From the IMG/VR virus record IMGVR_UViG_3300033519_000155, positions 22,925 to 86,924 of that record: DNA of 64,000 nucleotides; one strand, written 5' to 3'. How positions within the stretch are numbered: the stretch's first letter is position 1; every line of letters starts with the position of its first letter. The notes below the pieces were generated by a model. It had not been told where the DNA came from. It searched no databases and saw nothing but the letters and a program-made list of their open reading frames with translations. The stretch is from a virus (lineage: Duplodnaviria; Caudoviricetes). Shown here in pieces: positions 55,273 to 64,000 of this stretch. The position numbers were made by a program, and so were the translations under genes.

Positions 55273-56223
55273 TTATGCTTGATTAATTAAAGCTAATTGC
55301 TTTTTGTAATCATCATATTTAGTTTGTTCTTTTGGTGTTAATATTTTATTAGCTTTCTTAGTATCTAATTTTGCAATACGGTCAGTTAACTCTTTAGCAG
55401 AAATTTTATAATTACCCTTCAAAGCTTGTCTTTCAGATGGGGCAGTTGATGTTGCGGGATTTTTTACTAAAGTGCTTTTACCTTTACCTTTACCTTTACC
55501 TTTACCTTTACCTCCACTGTTAGTTGTTGGGGTATTTGCTTTTGCTCCTTTATTTGCAGTTAAAAGTGGGGGTGCTTTTGTAAATCCAGATTGCACAGTT
55601 AAAGGACTTTTACTGTTACTTGCTTTGTTCGTAAGATTTTTTAATTGTCGAGTTTGTGTTTCTATACTATTATTTAAAATACGAATTCTTTCATTTTTTA
55701 TACCTTTTTTAATGGTATCATCCTTTGTTAGAGCATCTCTTTTTGTTATTAAGTCTTTTAGACTTTTATCTTTTTCTTGAATTTTTTTAATTAAACTTTC
55801 TCGACTTTTTGGAGTTGTAGGTGTTAATTGTTTACCTAATGGTGCATTACGGACAGTTCTTGTTGCCGGGAGTTTAGTAGATAATTTTTCATTTTTACCC
55901 AAACTTACTTTACTACCTTTTTCAATAGTTCTGTAAGTTCCATCTTTTGATATGGCATATAAAATACGAGTAGCTTTATTATCAACCACAATATCCTTAA
56001 ATGTTTTAGTCATTACAGGATTACCCTTTTTATCAAAAACTAATGCCCCACCTTGTTTTTTGGGTTCTTGTATATATGCTTGAGCATGTTTAACATCTGT
56101 CCCTCCTGCGGTTGTTGTTGCCTGTTTAATTGTGGTGTTATCTTTTTTGCCTTTTATTGGTCGGTCTTTACGTTCTCCTTTACCTATAACAACACCTGCT
56201 GCATTTTTTATTGAATAACCCAT
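55273..56223 (-). CDS. Highly basic Lys/Thr-rich protein with (GK)6 tract
   Basis: 316 aa, no Cys or Trp, low complexity. Confidence 0.75.
   Translation of the reverse strand: MGYSIKNAAGVVIGKGERKDRPIKGKKDNTTIKQATTTAGGTDVKHAQAYIQEPKKQGGALVFDKKGNPVMTKTFKDIVVDNKATRILYAISKDGTYRTIEKGSKVSLGKNEKLSTKLPATRTVRNAPLGKQLTPTTPKSRESLIKKIQEKDKSLKDLITKRDALTKDDTIKKGIKNERIRILNNSIETQTRQLKNLTNKASNSKSPLTVQSGFTKAPPLLTANKGAKANTPTTNSGGKGKGKGKGKGKSTLVKNPATSTAPSERQALKGNYKISAKELTDRIAKLDTKKANKILTPKEQTKYDDYKKQLALINQA
55477..55512. repeat. (TTTACC)6 tandem repeat encoding (GK)6
   Basis: Six exact units. Confidence 0.95.
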
Positions 56224-56257
56224 AGTATATATTCTCCTCTCAGTTTATGTTAATTTT

Positions 56258-56286
56258 ACACTATCAAGTTTTATTAAAAAAGTCAA
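56258..56286 (-). promoter_or_regulatory. Putative promoter of the basic-protein gene
   Basis: TTGACT-17-TAGTGT with TGn. Confidence 0.55.
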
Positions 56287-56336
56287 TGAAAATTTTTACT
56301 AAAAATTAAAAAAGTCTCTAACAAAACTTGAAAATT

Positions 56337-56576
56337 TTAAGATAAAACTAAAAATCTTATATCTCTTACTAACATTTTGTCCTTCATAATACATTCTTCA
56401 AAAGAAACTTCGTAATTAGCAAGTTCTAATAGCTTTATTATTATGTCGGTAGTGAAATTATTCTGTTGTTTTAAAGAATAAAACCTTTGTTTAGAAATAC
56501 CAAGAGCTTTTTTAATCATTTTTGGTGTTATATTATTCTCTTTATAATATTTAAACAAAGGTTTTAGTGTAATCAT
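56337..56576 (-). CDS. Cro/C1-type HTH protein
   Basis: ITPKMIKKALGISKQRFYSLK; TAATG-coupled start at 56576. Confidence 0.65.
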   Translation of the reverse strand: MITLKPLFKYYKENNITPKMIKKALGISKQRFYSLKQQNNFTTDIIIKLLELANYEVSFEECIMKDKMLVRDIRFLVLS

Positions 56577-57220
56577 TACTCTTTCCTCGATGCTCCACCT
56601 AAATAATCTGCACATACGTATTCTATACAAACTGATACTGGAAGCATGTCATTCTGGTTTTCTTCTTTTACTCTTCCTACTGCTTGAAGAACAACATTAT
56701 ATTGTTCTGCTGTAAAATCTATTTTAAACTTCCGTTCTTTGATTTCTTCCTCTTCATCAGGCATATTTTCTAATTCGGATTTCACTTCTTCCATAGTAAA
56801 ATCTAAAATTTCAAGATAACTATTTAATTCTTCTTCCGAAAAAGGCATAGTGTCCTGTAAATCCCCTAAGTTATAAGACTTTGCAAGTTCCTGTAATAAG
56901 TCTGATAACTTCTCAGTGTCAGAGTCAAATCTTGTTTCATTAAGTTCTATTGCCATTCTTTTTGCTTCAACATCTTCAACTTTTCCAAGATTAATACATA
57001 AAACTTCTTTAAGTTCAAGGTCATTAAAGACATCTAAACGATGATTTCCATTAACTACCTCATACCCATCACCTAATTCCCGAACTAAAATAGTTTCAAG
57101 CTGTCCATTTCTCTTCATATTATTACGAAGTTTTTCCCGGAGAAAATCACTGTTCTCCTTATAGTTCCATGAACATTTAAACAATTTTTCTACAGGTAAA
57201 GTTTCAATTTTAATACCCAT
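56576..57220 (-). CDS. ParB/Srx-like domain protein, paralog 1
   Basis: WNYKE...ILVRE...YEVVNGNHR...IELNETR. Confidence 0.88.
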   Translation of the reverse strand: MGIKIETLPVEKLFKCSWNYKENSDFLREKLRNNMKRNGQLETILVRELGDGYEVVNGNHRLDVFNDLELKEVLCINLGKVEDVEAKRMAIELNETRFDSDTEKLSDLLQELAKSYNLGDLQDTMPFSEEELNSYLEILDFTMEEVKSELENMPDEEEEIKERKFKIDFTAEQYNVVLQAVGRVKEENQNDMLPVSVCIEYVCADYLGGASRKE

Positions 57221-57224
57221 TTTA

Positions 57225-57917
57225 TCAAATCCTTTCTAATAATTCTTTCATATCTTCAGTTTCTTGCCCTCTTCTTTTTAAAACTGACATATTAAACGCA
57301 TCTTCTACAAAAGGTCGAGGGTCATAAGCAAACCAACTCTCACAATCTATTCCATTGAGCTTTAGTGCTGCGTATTTTCTAACACAACTTCTACATTTTC
57401 CACATTCTTTTTCTAAAACAGAATAACAACTCCGAGAAAGGGAAAGATTATGGGGATTTTCCCCTGTTTCAAGATAAAGTTTAATAAGTTCTCGTTTAGT
57501 AAAATCCTTATAAGGGATAGATGCAAAAAATTCTCTATTAACTAAATGTCTAGGTGCTTTACTTTTGTTTTCAAACAAATATTCTAAAAGATTATTAGTA
57601 AGAGAAATAAATTTTAAGGTTTTATCCGCAGTTGTATCTCCAGCAGTTGCCCCTAAAGTAACTTCATCACCATAATAAGCACCTATCATAATAAAGAATA
57701 AATTTCTCATAGGAATAATTTCATTATCAAGTTTTTCATCAGCAAGTCTTAATCTTCTATCAATAAGTAAAGGCATTTTCATAGGTAAACTTGAAATACA
57801 GTTTAATTCTTTATTATTTTCGGGAAGTCCTATATGACAGAAGAGAGCTATATCAAATTGTTGTAATCTACTGATAATAAAACTATCAAGTCCTCCGCTA
57901 AACAGTAATACTTTCAT
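57225..57917 (-). CDS. queC: 7-cyano-7-deazaguanine synthase
   Basis: LLFSGGLDS, IPMRN, TK, SRSCY...CGKCRSC. Confidence 0.9.
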   Translation of the reverse strand: MKVLLFSGGLDSFIISRLQQFDIALFCHIGLPENNKELNCISSLPMKMPLLIDRRLRLADEKLDNEIIPMRNLFFIMIGAYYGDEVTLGATAGDTTADKTLKFISLTNNLLEYLFENKSKAPRHLVNREFFASIPYKDFTKRELIKLYLETGENPHNLSLSRSCYSVLEKECGKCRSCVRKYAALKLNGIDCESWFAYDPRPFVEDAFNMSVLKRRGQETEDMKELLERI

Positions 57918-58723
57918 AATATACTCCTTAAAAAAGCTAAAACATCATTAGAAAAGTCATAATACATAGGACTCTCTAATGTTATTTGATGATTAATATA
58001 TTTAGTAAGTTCTAATTCAAAAGGACAATCTTCCGCTATAAAATCTTCATACATATTCATCATAGTATTCATTATTGAATACATTGTTAGTCCTTCTAAT
58101 CTTTCAGGTCTATCTTTATATGAGTAAGAATAATCATATCCGAAGTAATTTGTCATAATTCTAAAAGTATCAAACTCTTTTAGGCAATTTATGACAGAAT
58201 AGACCTGACCATCTATATCTTTATCAGAATTTAATTCATTGAAACATAAGTCAGTCTGGTCAACACTACTTACCATCATACTATGATAAATTGTCCGATA
58301 TTCTCCACCAGTCCAGAGAATTGAACCGGGAAATTTCTCTAATACCATCAGGTAATAAGCATAAAGAAGAGGAATGTTTTTACTATGATGTGTTGGGGAA
58401 GAATACTCTTCACATAGTTTACTTTTTAATCTTATATCTGCTTTTATTTTTTTAAAAGATTTTCCTTTCTCCTTTATGAACAAAGTTTTATAAGGAATTT
58501 CGTGAAAATCTAATATCTGACAGGTAAGCAAAGAGTCTTTTCCTCCGGTGAATAAAACTATATTCTCTTTATTTTTAAAGTTTTTAAGTTTCATTTCTAT
58601 AGGAGGGGGAAGAGTAAAAAAAGACAAATTACATTTTGCTACTGATGCAAAAGTCTGTAAAGATACCTGATGAAGTTTTTCAAACTCAGTCTGCCCTTCA
58701 AGATTTCCTCCAGTGCTTAACAC
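57914..58723 (-). CDS. Second PP-loop (ANH superfamily) protein, not canonical QueC
   Basis: IVLFTGGKDS; lacks QueC Zn cysteines; GTG start at 58723 preferred over ATG 58756. Confidence 0.7.
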   Translation of the reverse strand: MLSTGGNLEGQTEFEKLHQVSLQTFASVAKCNLSFFTLPPPIEMKLKNFKNKENIVLFTGGKDSLLTCQILDFHEIPYKTLFIKEKGKSFKKIKADIRLKSKLCEEYSSPTHHSKNIPLLYAYYLMVLEKFPGSILWTGGEYRTIYHSMMVSSVDQTDLCFNELNSDKDIDGQVYSVINCLKEFDTFRIMTNYFGYDYSYSYKDRPERLEGLTMYSIMNTMMNMYEDFIAEDCPFELELTKYINHQITLESPMYYDFSNDVLAFLRSIL

Positions 58724-59471
58724 CTTTACCCTCTGAAGTCTTTTCTTTATCTGCAAGTTTCTTCTCCCCCTTTAGTTTATTTATTAATTCTTTACAAGCT
58801 TCAACTATACATTGCACTTCAGTTAAGTATTCACCAAATTTTCTTGTAGAATTCATATCATTAGTTAACTGAGTAACCCAATAATAATCATCTGCTCTAA
58901 AATTCATTGTGAATTCTATTAAATCTTCTTCTCCTTCCTCTTCTGCTAAAGCTTCTTCCTCTTCTATAACCTTTTTTGCTGCATTTATGTCATAATCGAG
59001 ATAACTAATAAAAGCTTCAAGCTCATGTTCGTCATAAGGCATTGTGTTAAGTAGGTCTTCCCGACCAAATTCATTACTAATATCTTGCAGAAGTTCTGAA
59101 AGTTTCATTGTATCAGAGGCAAACCGAGTTTCATTTAATTCTATAGCAATTCTTTTTGCAAGATTATCAGAAATTTCTCCTAAATTATAGCAATAAGCTT
59201 CAGGAAATTCTAATTCTAAAAGAGCAGTTAGTCTGTGATTTCCATTAACTACTTCGTAGGAATTTTCAAAATCATTAGTAGAAGAGATTTCTCTTACTAC
59301 TAAATTTTCTATTTGCCCATTCTTAACTAAATTATTCTTTAGTTTTTCGTTGAGCACATCGTCATTTTCTTTATAATTCCACCCTGCGTGAACTAAGTTC
59401 ACTAATGGAATACTCATAAATTTACCGGGCAATTGCTTTAGTCTGTCCACGTTATCCCTCTCCTTTTCCAA
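58698..59471 (-). CDS. ParB/Srx-like domain protein, paralog 2
   Basis: WNYKEND...YEVVNGNHR...IELNETRF; acidic tail. Confidence 0.88.
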   Translation of the reverse strand: MEKERDNVDRLKQLPGKFMSIPLVNLVHAGWNYKENDDVLNEKLKNNLVKNGQIENLVVREISSTNDFENSYEVVNGNHRLTALLELEFPEAYCYNLGEISDNLAKRIAIELNETRFASDTMKLSELLQDISNEFGREDLLNTMPYDEHELEAFISYLDYDINAAKKVIEEEEALAEEEGEEDLIEFTMNFRADDYYWVTQLTNDMNSTRKFGEYLTEVQCIVEACKELINKLKGEKKLADKEKTSEGKGVKHWRKS

Positions 59472-60205
59472 AGTTTGGTATATTTAATACCAAGATTTCT
59501 AAAATAATTAGCTTCTTCTAATAGCTTTTGTTCGGAATTTGTTGTTCTCATATAAACATAAGAGAAATCATTTCCGTATTTTAACTTACTGAGTCCATGA
59601 TTAAATCTTCTAGGTGCAACCCATGTGGAACTATCCACCGAGTAAAAAGGAAATTTCTCTAAAAAAGTTTCTGCTGTAATACCTAAACCATGTAATTTTA
59701 TTTTATGGTCAGTCGCAGCAAAACAATAAGAAAGAAATTTGCAATATAAGTCAGGGTGAACTCCCATTCCTGCAAGTCCTCCTAAAAAGATGTAATCTGA
59801 ACCTTCAGAAACAAATGTTTTTAGTAGATGTTTATTATGTGTAGTAACATAATCAGAAAAATGGTAAACAGGTAAGATTTTAGTTTTCGGACACTTATTC
59901 CTGAGATATTCAAAGTTCTTTAGTGTATCTTCTACATTAACTACGTCTAAATTTACAGCAAATGGAAATTCATATGTATTAAGGTAACTTGCATAATCTT
60001 TAATATTGATAGTTCTTCCGGTTTTTCTTGCAGAATATCCACCAGAGTCAACTAAAATCATTTCAAATCCTTCATAGGGAAATTTTTCAAAAAATCTAAC
60101 AACATTATCCTTAGTGACATAGAAGAAACTAAGTAATATATTTGGATATTTCCATAGATTAAATCTTTTAACCTCTGTTTCCGCACTTGATAAAAAGACC
60201 CTCAT
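59438..60205 (-). CDS. dpdA: DpdA-like DNA guanine transglycosylase (TGT fold)
   Basis: VDSGGYS, NLDV, PVYH, GGLAG, LHGLG, SVDSSTW; in que gene cluster. Confidence 0.85.
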   Translation of the reverse strand: MRVFLSSAETEVKRFNLWKYPNILLSFFYVTKDNVVRFFEKFPYEGFEMILVDSGGYSARKTGRTINIKDYASYLNTYEFPFAVNLDVVNVEDTLKNFEYLRNKCPKTKILPVYHFSDYVTTHNKHLLKTFVSEGSDYIFLGGLAGMGVHPDLYCKFLSYCFAATDHKIKLHGLGITAETFLEKFPFYSVDSSTWVAPRRFNHGLSKLKYGNDFSYVYMRTTNSEQKLLEEANYFRNLGIKYTKLWKRRGITWTD

Positions 60206-60465
60206 TATAAGTCCTCCCAATTTTTGTTTCTATCGTCTATATAACAGTCTGCTCTCATTTTTTCCATAACTAAAGCGTGATGCTTTATTCCTCTTCGCAA
60301 AAGTTCTGCTCTTGTCTGAGGAAATATCTGATAAGACCGAGCAGTATAAATTACTATAAAGTTATTAGGGTCTTCAAATAATGTATTAAGTTTTGCAATT
60401 TCCTCAGATGTATTTAGTGTTCCGTCATAATCTACTGCTATAATTTTCATACCAATAATTTTCAT
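60205..60465 (-). CDS. Minimal HAD-family phosphatase
   Basis: AVDYDGT, YTAR, EK, YIDD. Confidence 0.82.
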   Translation of the reverse strand: MKIIGMKIIAVDYDGTLNTSEEIAKLNTLFEDPNNFIVIYTARSYQIFPQTRAELLRRGIKHHALVMEKMRADCYIDDRNKNWEDL

Positions 60466-61277
60466 ACTTTCTTTAAAATTAATATATACTGATGGTGAAT
60501 ATTTTCTACATAAGCAAAGGGATAACCGTAAGGATATAGTTTTTTACTATTCTGTGCTAAAACTTTAATACCTTGTAATTTAAAAATATTAGATAAAGAA
60601 GAAACTAAATCTGAGTGAAAAGGTATAAAATTACTTTGATGTCTAAAATCACTTACAACTATTGCTATGTATTTATTTAATTTAAGAACTCTATTACACA
60701 TAAAAAATATTTTAACTAACTCATCTAGAAATTCTTTATATGAAGGTAAATTACCAATATCTAAAACATTATCACTATATTTTGTAGCTAAATTATTAGC
60801 TAATCTCTCTTGTTTTACCTTATGGTCTGCCTTTTTTGATAAAATATTCCAATATGGAGGACTGGTAACAATAAAATCAAAATGATTATCAGGAAAGGTT
60901 TGTAAAATTTCACGACAATCTCCTAATAAAATATCTTGGGTTTGTAAACTTTCTTCATTAACTTCAATTTTTAATCTTTCTAATCCTAAATTTCTCCATT
61001 TTTCTGATAATTCAATACCTATACCTTTTCTTTCTAACAGGGCACACGCTTTTAAAGTAGATGCTACTCCAACAAAAGGGTCTAAAACAAGTTGGTCAGG
61101 TTTAGTGAAAAAATTTATTAATCTACTAATATCTTGAAATGAAAAGGGAGCAGGGTGTTGTTTTTCTATCTGTGCATGAGGGTGAGAACTCCCTAAACCT
61201 TTTTGATACCATATGCTTTTTGTTTCCTGTATCCATTCTTTTCCCTCTAAACAATTTAATTTATTTCTTTTGTCCAT
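60462..61277 (-). CDS. Amino (N4-C/N6-A) DNA methyltransferase
   Basis: HPAPF, VLDPFVGVAST (motif I), IVTSPPY (motif IV). Confidence 0.92.
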   Translation of the reverse strand: MDKRNKLNCLEGKEWIQETKSIWYQKGLGSSHPHAQIEKQHPAPFSFQDISRLINFFTKPDQLVLDPFVGVASTLKACALLERKGIGIELSEKWRNLGLERLKIEVNEESLQTQDILLGDCREILQTFPDNHFDFIVTSPPYWNILSKKADHKVKQERLANNLATKYSDNVLDIGNLPSYKEFLDELVKIFFMCNRVLKLNKYIAIVVSDFRHQSNFIPFHSDLVSSLSNIFKLQGIKVLAQNSKKLYPYGYPFAYVENIHHQYILILKKV

Positions 61278-61837
61278 TAAACGCTTCTAAGAGCAATCAA
61301 ACTAAGAAATTCCTGTCGAGTTTGATAACTATTTCTCAGGACTCCTTTCATACTTGATGTAATCATTACACTATTTTGTTTTTGAACTCCTCTTGCTTTC
61401 ATACATAGATGCTGACATTCTAATACCACACCTACACCAAGAGGATTAAGTTTTTGTTCTAAATAATCTGATACCTGTTGAGTAATTCTTTCCTGATTTT
61501 GCAATCTCCGGGAGTAAAGGTCTAATACTCTTGCAAGTTTAGATATACCAATAATTTCCTCACTGGGAATATATCCAATATGAGCTTTTCCGAAGAAAGG
61601 TAACATATGATGTTCGCAGGAAGAGTATAGTTCAATATCTCTAAGGATTATTAACTGGTCGTAACCTTCAGAGGAGAATGTGCTAATTTTTATTTCATTA
61701 TCATATCCACTAAATAATTCATCATAAGATTTTGCAACTCTTAGAGGAGTATCTTTTAATCCTTCCCTTCGGGGGTATTCTAAAGCATTAAGAATTCTAT
61801 GAATATTATTTTTTATTATACCAGTTATATTTTTCAT
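61277..61837 (-). CDS. folE: GTP cyclohydrolase I
   Basis: TPLRVAK, CEHHMLPF, GISKLAR, QERIT, HLCMKARG. Confidence 0.97.
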   Translation of the reverse strand: MKNITGIIKNNIHRILNALEYPRREGLKDTPLRVAKSYDELFSGYDNEIKISTFSSEGYDQLIILRDIELYSSCEHHMLPFFGKAHIGYIPSEEIIGISKLARVLDLYSRRLQNQERITQQVSDYLEQKLNPLGVGVVLECQHLCMKARGVQKQNSVMITSSMKGVLRNSYQTRQEFLSLIALRSV

Positions 61838-62631
61838 CAGGGTAAATCCTTCAAATTTTTATATTCTATTTTCTTTTTTGCAATCCATTGACTTTCATTG
61901 TCATTAAACAAATAAATTTGTAATCTCGGAGAGAAGTTCAGTCCATTTTCTAAACACTTTTCTAAAACAAATAAAGATTTTTTGCGGAGAGAATGTCTTC
62001 TATTATGTAGAGGTTGTAAATATACTAATCCTTTAGGAATAGATAATCTATTAATAAGAGATAAGACTATAGATACATCTTCATCGTCTTTTACAACAAA
62101 TTTAAAAATCGGATGAAGAAGATTAGAATATACTAAACAATTTTTTATATTCTCTTCTACTTCAGGAGTAATGTTATCTAACTTAGGAGAAACATTTAAA
62201 TAAATTTCGGAACTAAATTCTCTTCCTCTAATATGATTTCGCATCATTCTACCTCTACAAAATTCTAAGAAATAATGTTTTTCAATATTAATAGTTCCAT
62301 TAGTTTCAATCTCTATAGAGCAATCTTCAAATACATTTTGCTGATATGAGGAGAACCCACTAAACATAGATACAAGTTCTTCCATCTGAAGTAGTGGTTC
62401 ACCACCAGTAATTAAAATTTTGCGAAGAGAAATAAGAAGGGGAATATCTATAAGAGAAAGTAATCTACTACGGGAAGAAGTATTCCATGTATAAGAACTA
62501 TCACACCATGCACAACGAAGGTTACAACCCTCCAACCGAACAAGGCAACAAATCTGACCTATCCGTTGTCCTTCCCCCTGTATCGTTATAAAGGGTTCTT
62601 CCGCAATCATCGGGAACTTAATTTTATTCAC
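61837..62631 (-). CDS. queE: 7-carboxy-7-deazaguanine synthase (radical SAM)
   Basis: TIQGEG...RLEGCNLRCAWCDS; ITGGEP; IETNGT; SPK; KFV. Confidence 0.95.
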   Translation of the reverse strand: MNKIKFPMIAEEPFITIQGEGQRIGQICCLVRLEGCNLRCAWCDSSYTWNTSSRSRLLSLIDIPLLISLRKILITGGEPLLQMEELVSMFSGFSSYQQNVFEDCSIEIETNGTINIEKHYFLEFCRGRMMRNHIRGREFSSEIYLNVSPKLDNITPEVEENIKNCLVYSNLLHPIFKFVVKDDEDVSIVLSLINRLSIPKGLVYLQPLHNRRHSLRKKSLFVLEKCLENGLNFSPRLQIYLFNDNESQWIAKKKIEYKNLKDLP

Positions 62632-62841
62632 TCCATCTACCTCCGATTAATTATATTAATTTGAAAATGCAAAATTCTTAGGCGGAAAATTTGAAAAATT
62701 ATTTAAAACCCAAAAAATTTTATAATTTAGCCAGAATACCAAAAACCTCTTCGGCGATAGCACACACCACGCACACCCATAACCTTTTTTTTGAAAAAGT
62801 TTTTTTGGATTTTTTTTGCATTGCACAATGAACTAACCCTT

Positions 62842-62871
62842 ATTATATCACATTCTTTTATCTTTAGTCAA
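62842..62871 (-). promoter_or_regulatory. Promoter of the modification operon
   Basis: TTGACT-18-TATAAT with TGn. Confidence 0.7.
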
Positions 62872-62987
62872 CAATTTCATTGACTAATTTAATATTATTT
62901 AAATAAATTTGCCGGTAAAACCTTATGAATAATCACTTTGTTGCAGTTAACTATTATATTGCATATGCTAAATGAATAGTATATATG

Positions 62988-63574
62988 AATAGGATAGTAA
63001 TTATCATATAGACAATATTTATTCGTAAAAGAGAATAGGATAAATAGATAACATAGGATATTAATAATAGAATTGTTGAATAGATATAAAACATATGATA
63101 TATAGTAAGTATAATAAATATAGTAATTCTATATTTACTATCCTATTATTTATAATAAAAATTTGCGAAATAAAATAAAAGGATTATAGGATAGAAGGAT
63201 AGAGAATACTATACACTATAACCTTCTGTAATGCTTTACAATGAAAAAGAATAGGATAATTGAAGGATAGTATAATTAAACTTTAATTCACTATAAACCT
63301 TGTCTAATAACGTTATAAAGGATTATATAGTAAGGATTTCCTTATCCTTTGACTAGTCAATTTAGTTATGATATAAAAAATGGTATGGTTATTAGGTTTT
63401 TTAAACCTTATGCTAGAATGTGCCTTAGAATTCGTTTTTAGACTATATAAAATCCAATGTCAATTATTATCTAAAAAAAATTCTAGGACATCCTAGATGT
63501 GTTTTATTAGGTTTTAAGTATGGTTTTTTTGAATAGTCAAGAAGAATATCAGAATAGGATAATAGAATAGGATA
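62988..63574. repeat. Dispersed AATAGGATA repeats in non-coding DNA
   Basis: Exact direct copies at 62988, 63034, 63250, 63553, 63566; inverted at 63139; variants at 63052, 63185, 63194, 63262. Confidence 0.8.
63349..63377 (+). promoter_or_regulatory. Rightward promoter with a 12-bp palindrome over the -35
   Basis: TTGACT-17-TATAAA with TGn; TTGACTAGTCAA. Confidence 0.7.
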
Positions 63575-63969
63575 TAGTATTTACTATATAGACTATATTT
63601 ATAATGTTTATAGTATATATAATAAATATAGTGTAAAAATACTGATTAGTATATATGAATTTAAGAGAAGTTTATAAAGAGTAAAAAAAATTCCTTAAAT
63701 TTTTGTATGACACTGGGTTTTTTAACCATTCATCACATTTACAATAAATTTTTGTTTTGTATTAATGAATATATTAGAAGGTTATTATACAGGATTTTGC
63801 TTAGTATTTATAAATCCTTAAATTTTTTTTCCGATTTTTTAAGGATTTTTTCCGTTATATTTTTTTGGATACAACGAAGAGAATATTCATTTTATTGGAT
63901 TTTTACACTTTTTATGAAGTAAAAATCCGATTTTTTAATAACCTTGTTTTCATAGAACATGAGGAGAAT

Positions 63970-64000
63970 ATGAGGAAAAAGAAAAAGAAAATCCTGATAT
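63970..64000 (+). CDS. Start of a rightward gene (partial)
   Basis: GAGGAG SD then ATG, MRKKKKKILI, runs off window. Confidence 0.55.
   Translation, partial: MRKKKKKILI

Noticed and set aside
58639-58701. 20-aa TTG-start ORF after the ParB stop suggesting a frameshift into the PP-loop gene
   Set aside because: An in-frame GTG at 58723 with a GAGG SD explains the PP-loop gene without a frameshift.
1157-61357. Plus-strand ORFs inside the minus-strand operons (e.g. 11773-12369, 24878-25123, 52589-52807) and short minus-strand ORFs overlapping real genes in another frame
   Set aside because: Shadow frames of well-supported genes; Ser/Phe/Leu-rich composition, no SD, no motifs.
62640-62835. preQ1 riboswitch in the queE leader (AGAGGTT-like start)
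   Set aside because: No complementary CCTCT strand downstream and no A-rich pseudoknot tail.
62988-63574. CRISPR array
   Set aside because: Repeats are only 9 bp, irregularly spaced, with one inverted; no cas genes.
63707-63922. 71-aa plus-strand ORF
   Set aside because: Low-complexity T-tract translation (F/L/I-rich), no SD; the next credible start is 63970.
1-64000. Alternative genetic code (stop reassignment)
   Set aside because: Long conserved genes are uninterrupted in code 11, and TAA, TAG and TGA all end genes at sensible boundaries.

Overview
A 64-kb, very AT-rich segment of a large tailed dsDNA phage with no host genes. The host cannot be named from the sequence; promoters are mostly sigma70/sigmaA consensus. 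Layout: (1) 1-14.1 kb, minus strand: small hypotheticals (many Cys-rich Zn ribbons) plus a replication module with family A DNA polymerase carrying a Gln-terminated intein, MT-A70 methylase, SSB, primase, DnaB and a DnaC-like loader. (2) 14.1-17.8 kb, plus strand: two promoter-terminator mini-units, an array of four aberrant tRNA-like RNAs and a micro-ORF, one canonical tRNA-Gln, then small genes. (3) 17.8-20.3 kb: structured non-coding DNA around an orphan TnpB with a Fanzor-type rearranged RuvC-II and a D-to-N change in RuvC-III; its upstream region shares an exact 24-bp sequence with the portal-gene promoter. (4) 20.3-56.3 kb, minus strand: lysis cassette interleaved with a response regulator and a PAS-GAF histidine kinase; duplicated tail-tip modules; 2345-aa tape measure; two tail-tube paralogs with no recognisable sheath; T4-like capsid, protease and portal; intein-containing terminase. 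(5) 56.3-62.6 kb: a 7-deazaguanine DNA-modification cluster (queE, folE, dpdA, queC, no queD) with an extra PP-loop enzyme, a HAD, a methylase and two ParB-like paralogs. (6) 62.6-64 kb: non-coding repeat region, possibly the pac/terminus or origin. Best candidates for undescribed systems: the dead-TnpB/ncRNA/portal-promoter link, the two-component system in the lysis cassette, the tRNA-mimic array and the atypical deazaguanine cluster. All calls are from motif reading by eye; no searches were run.
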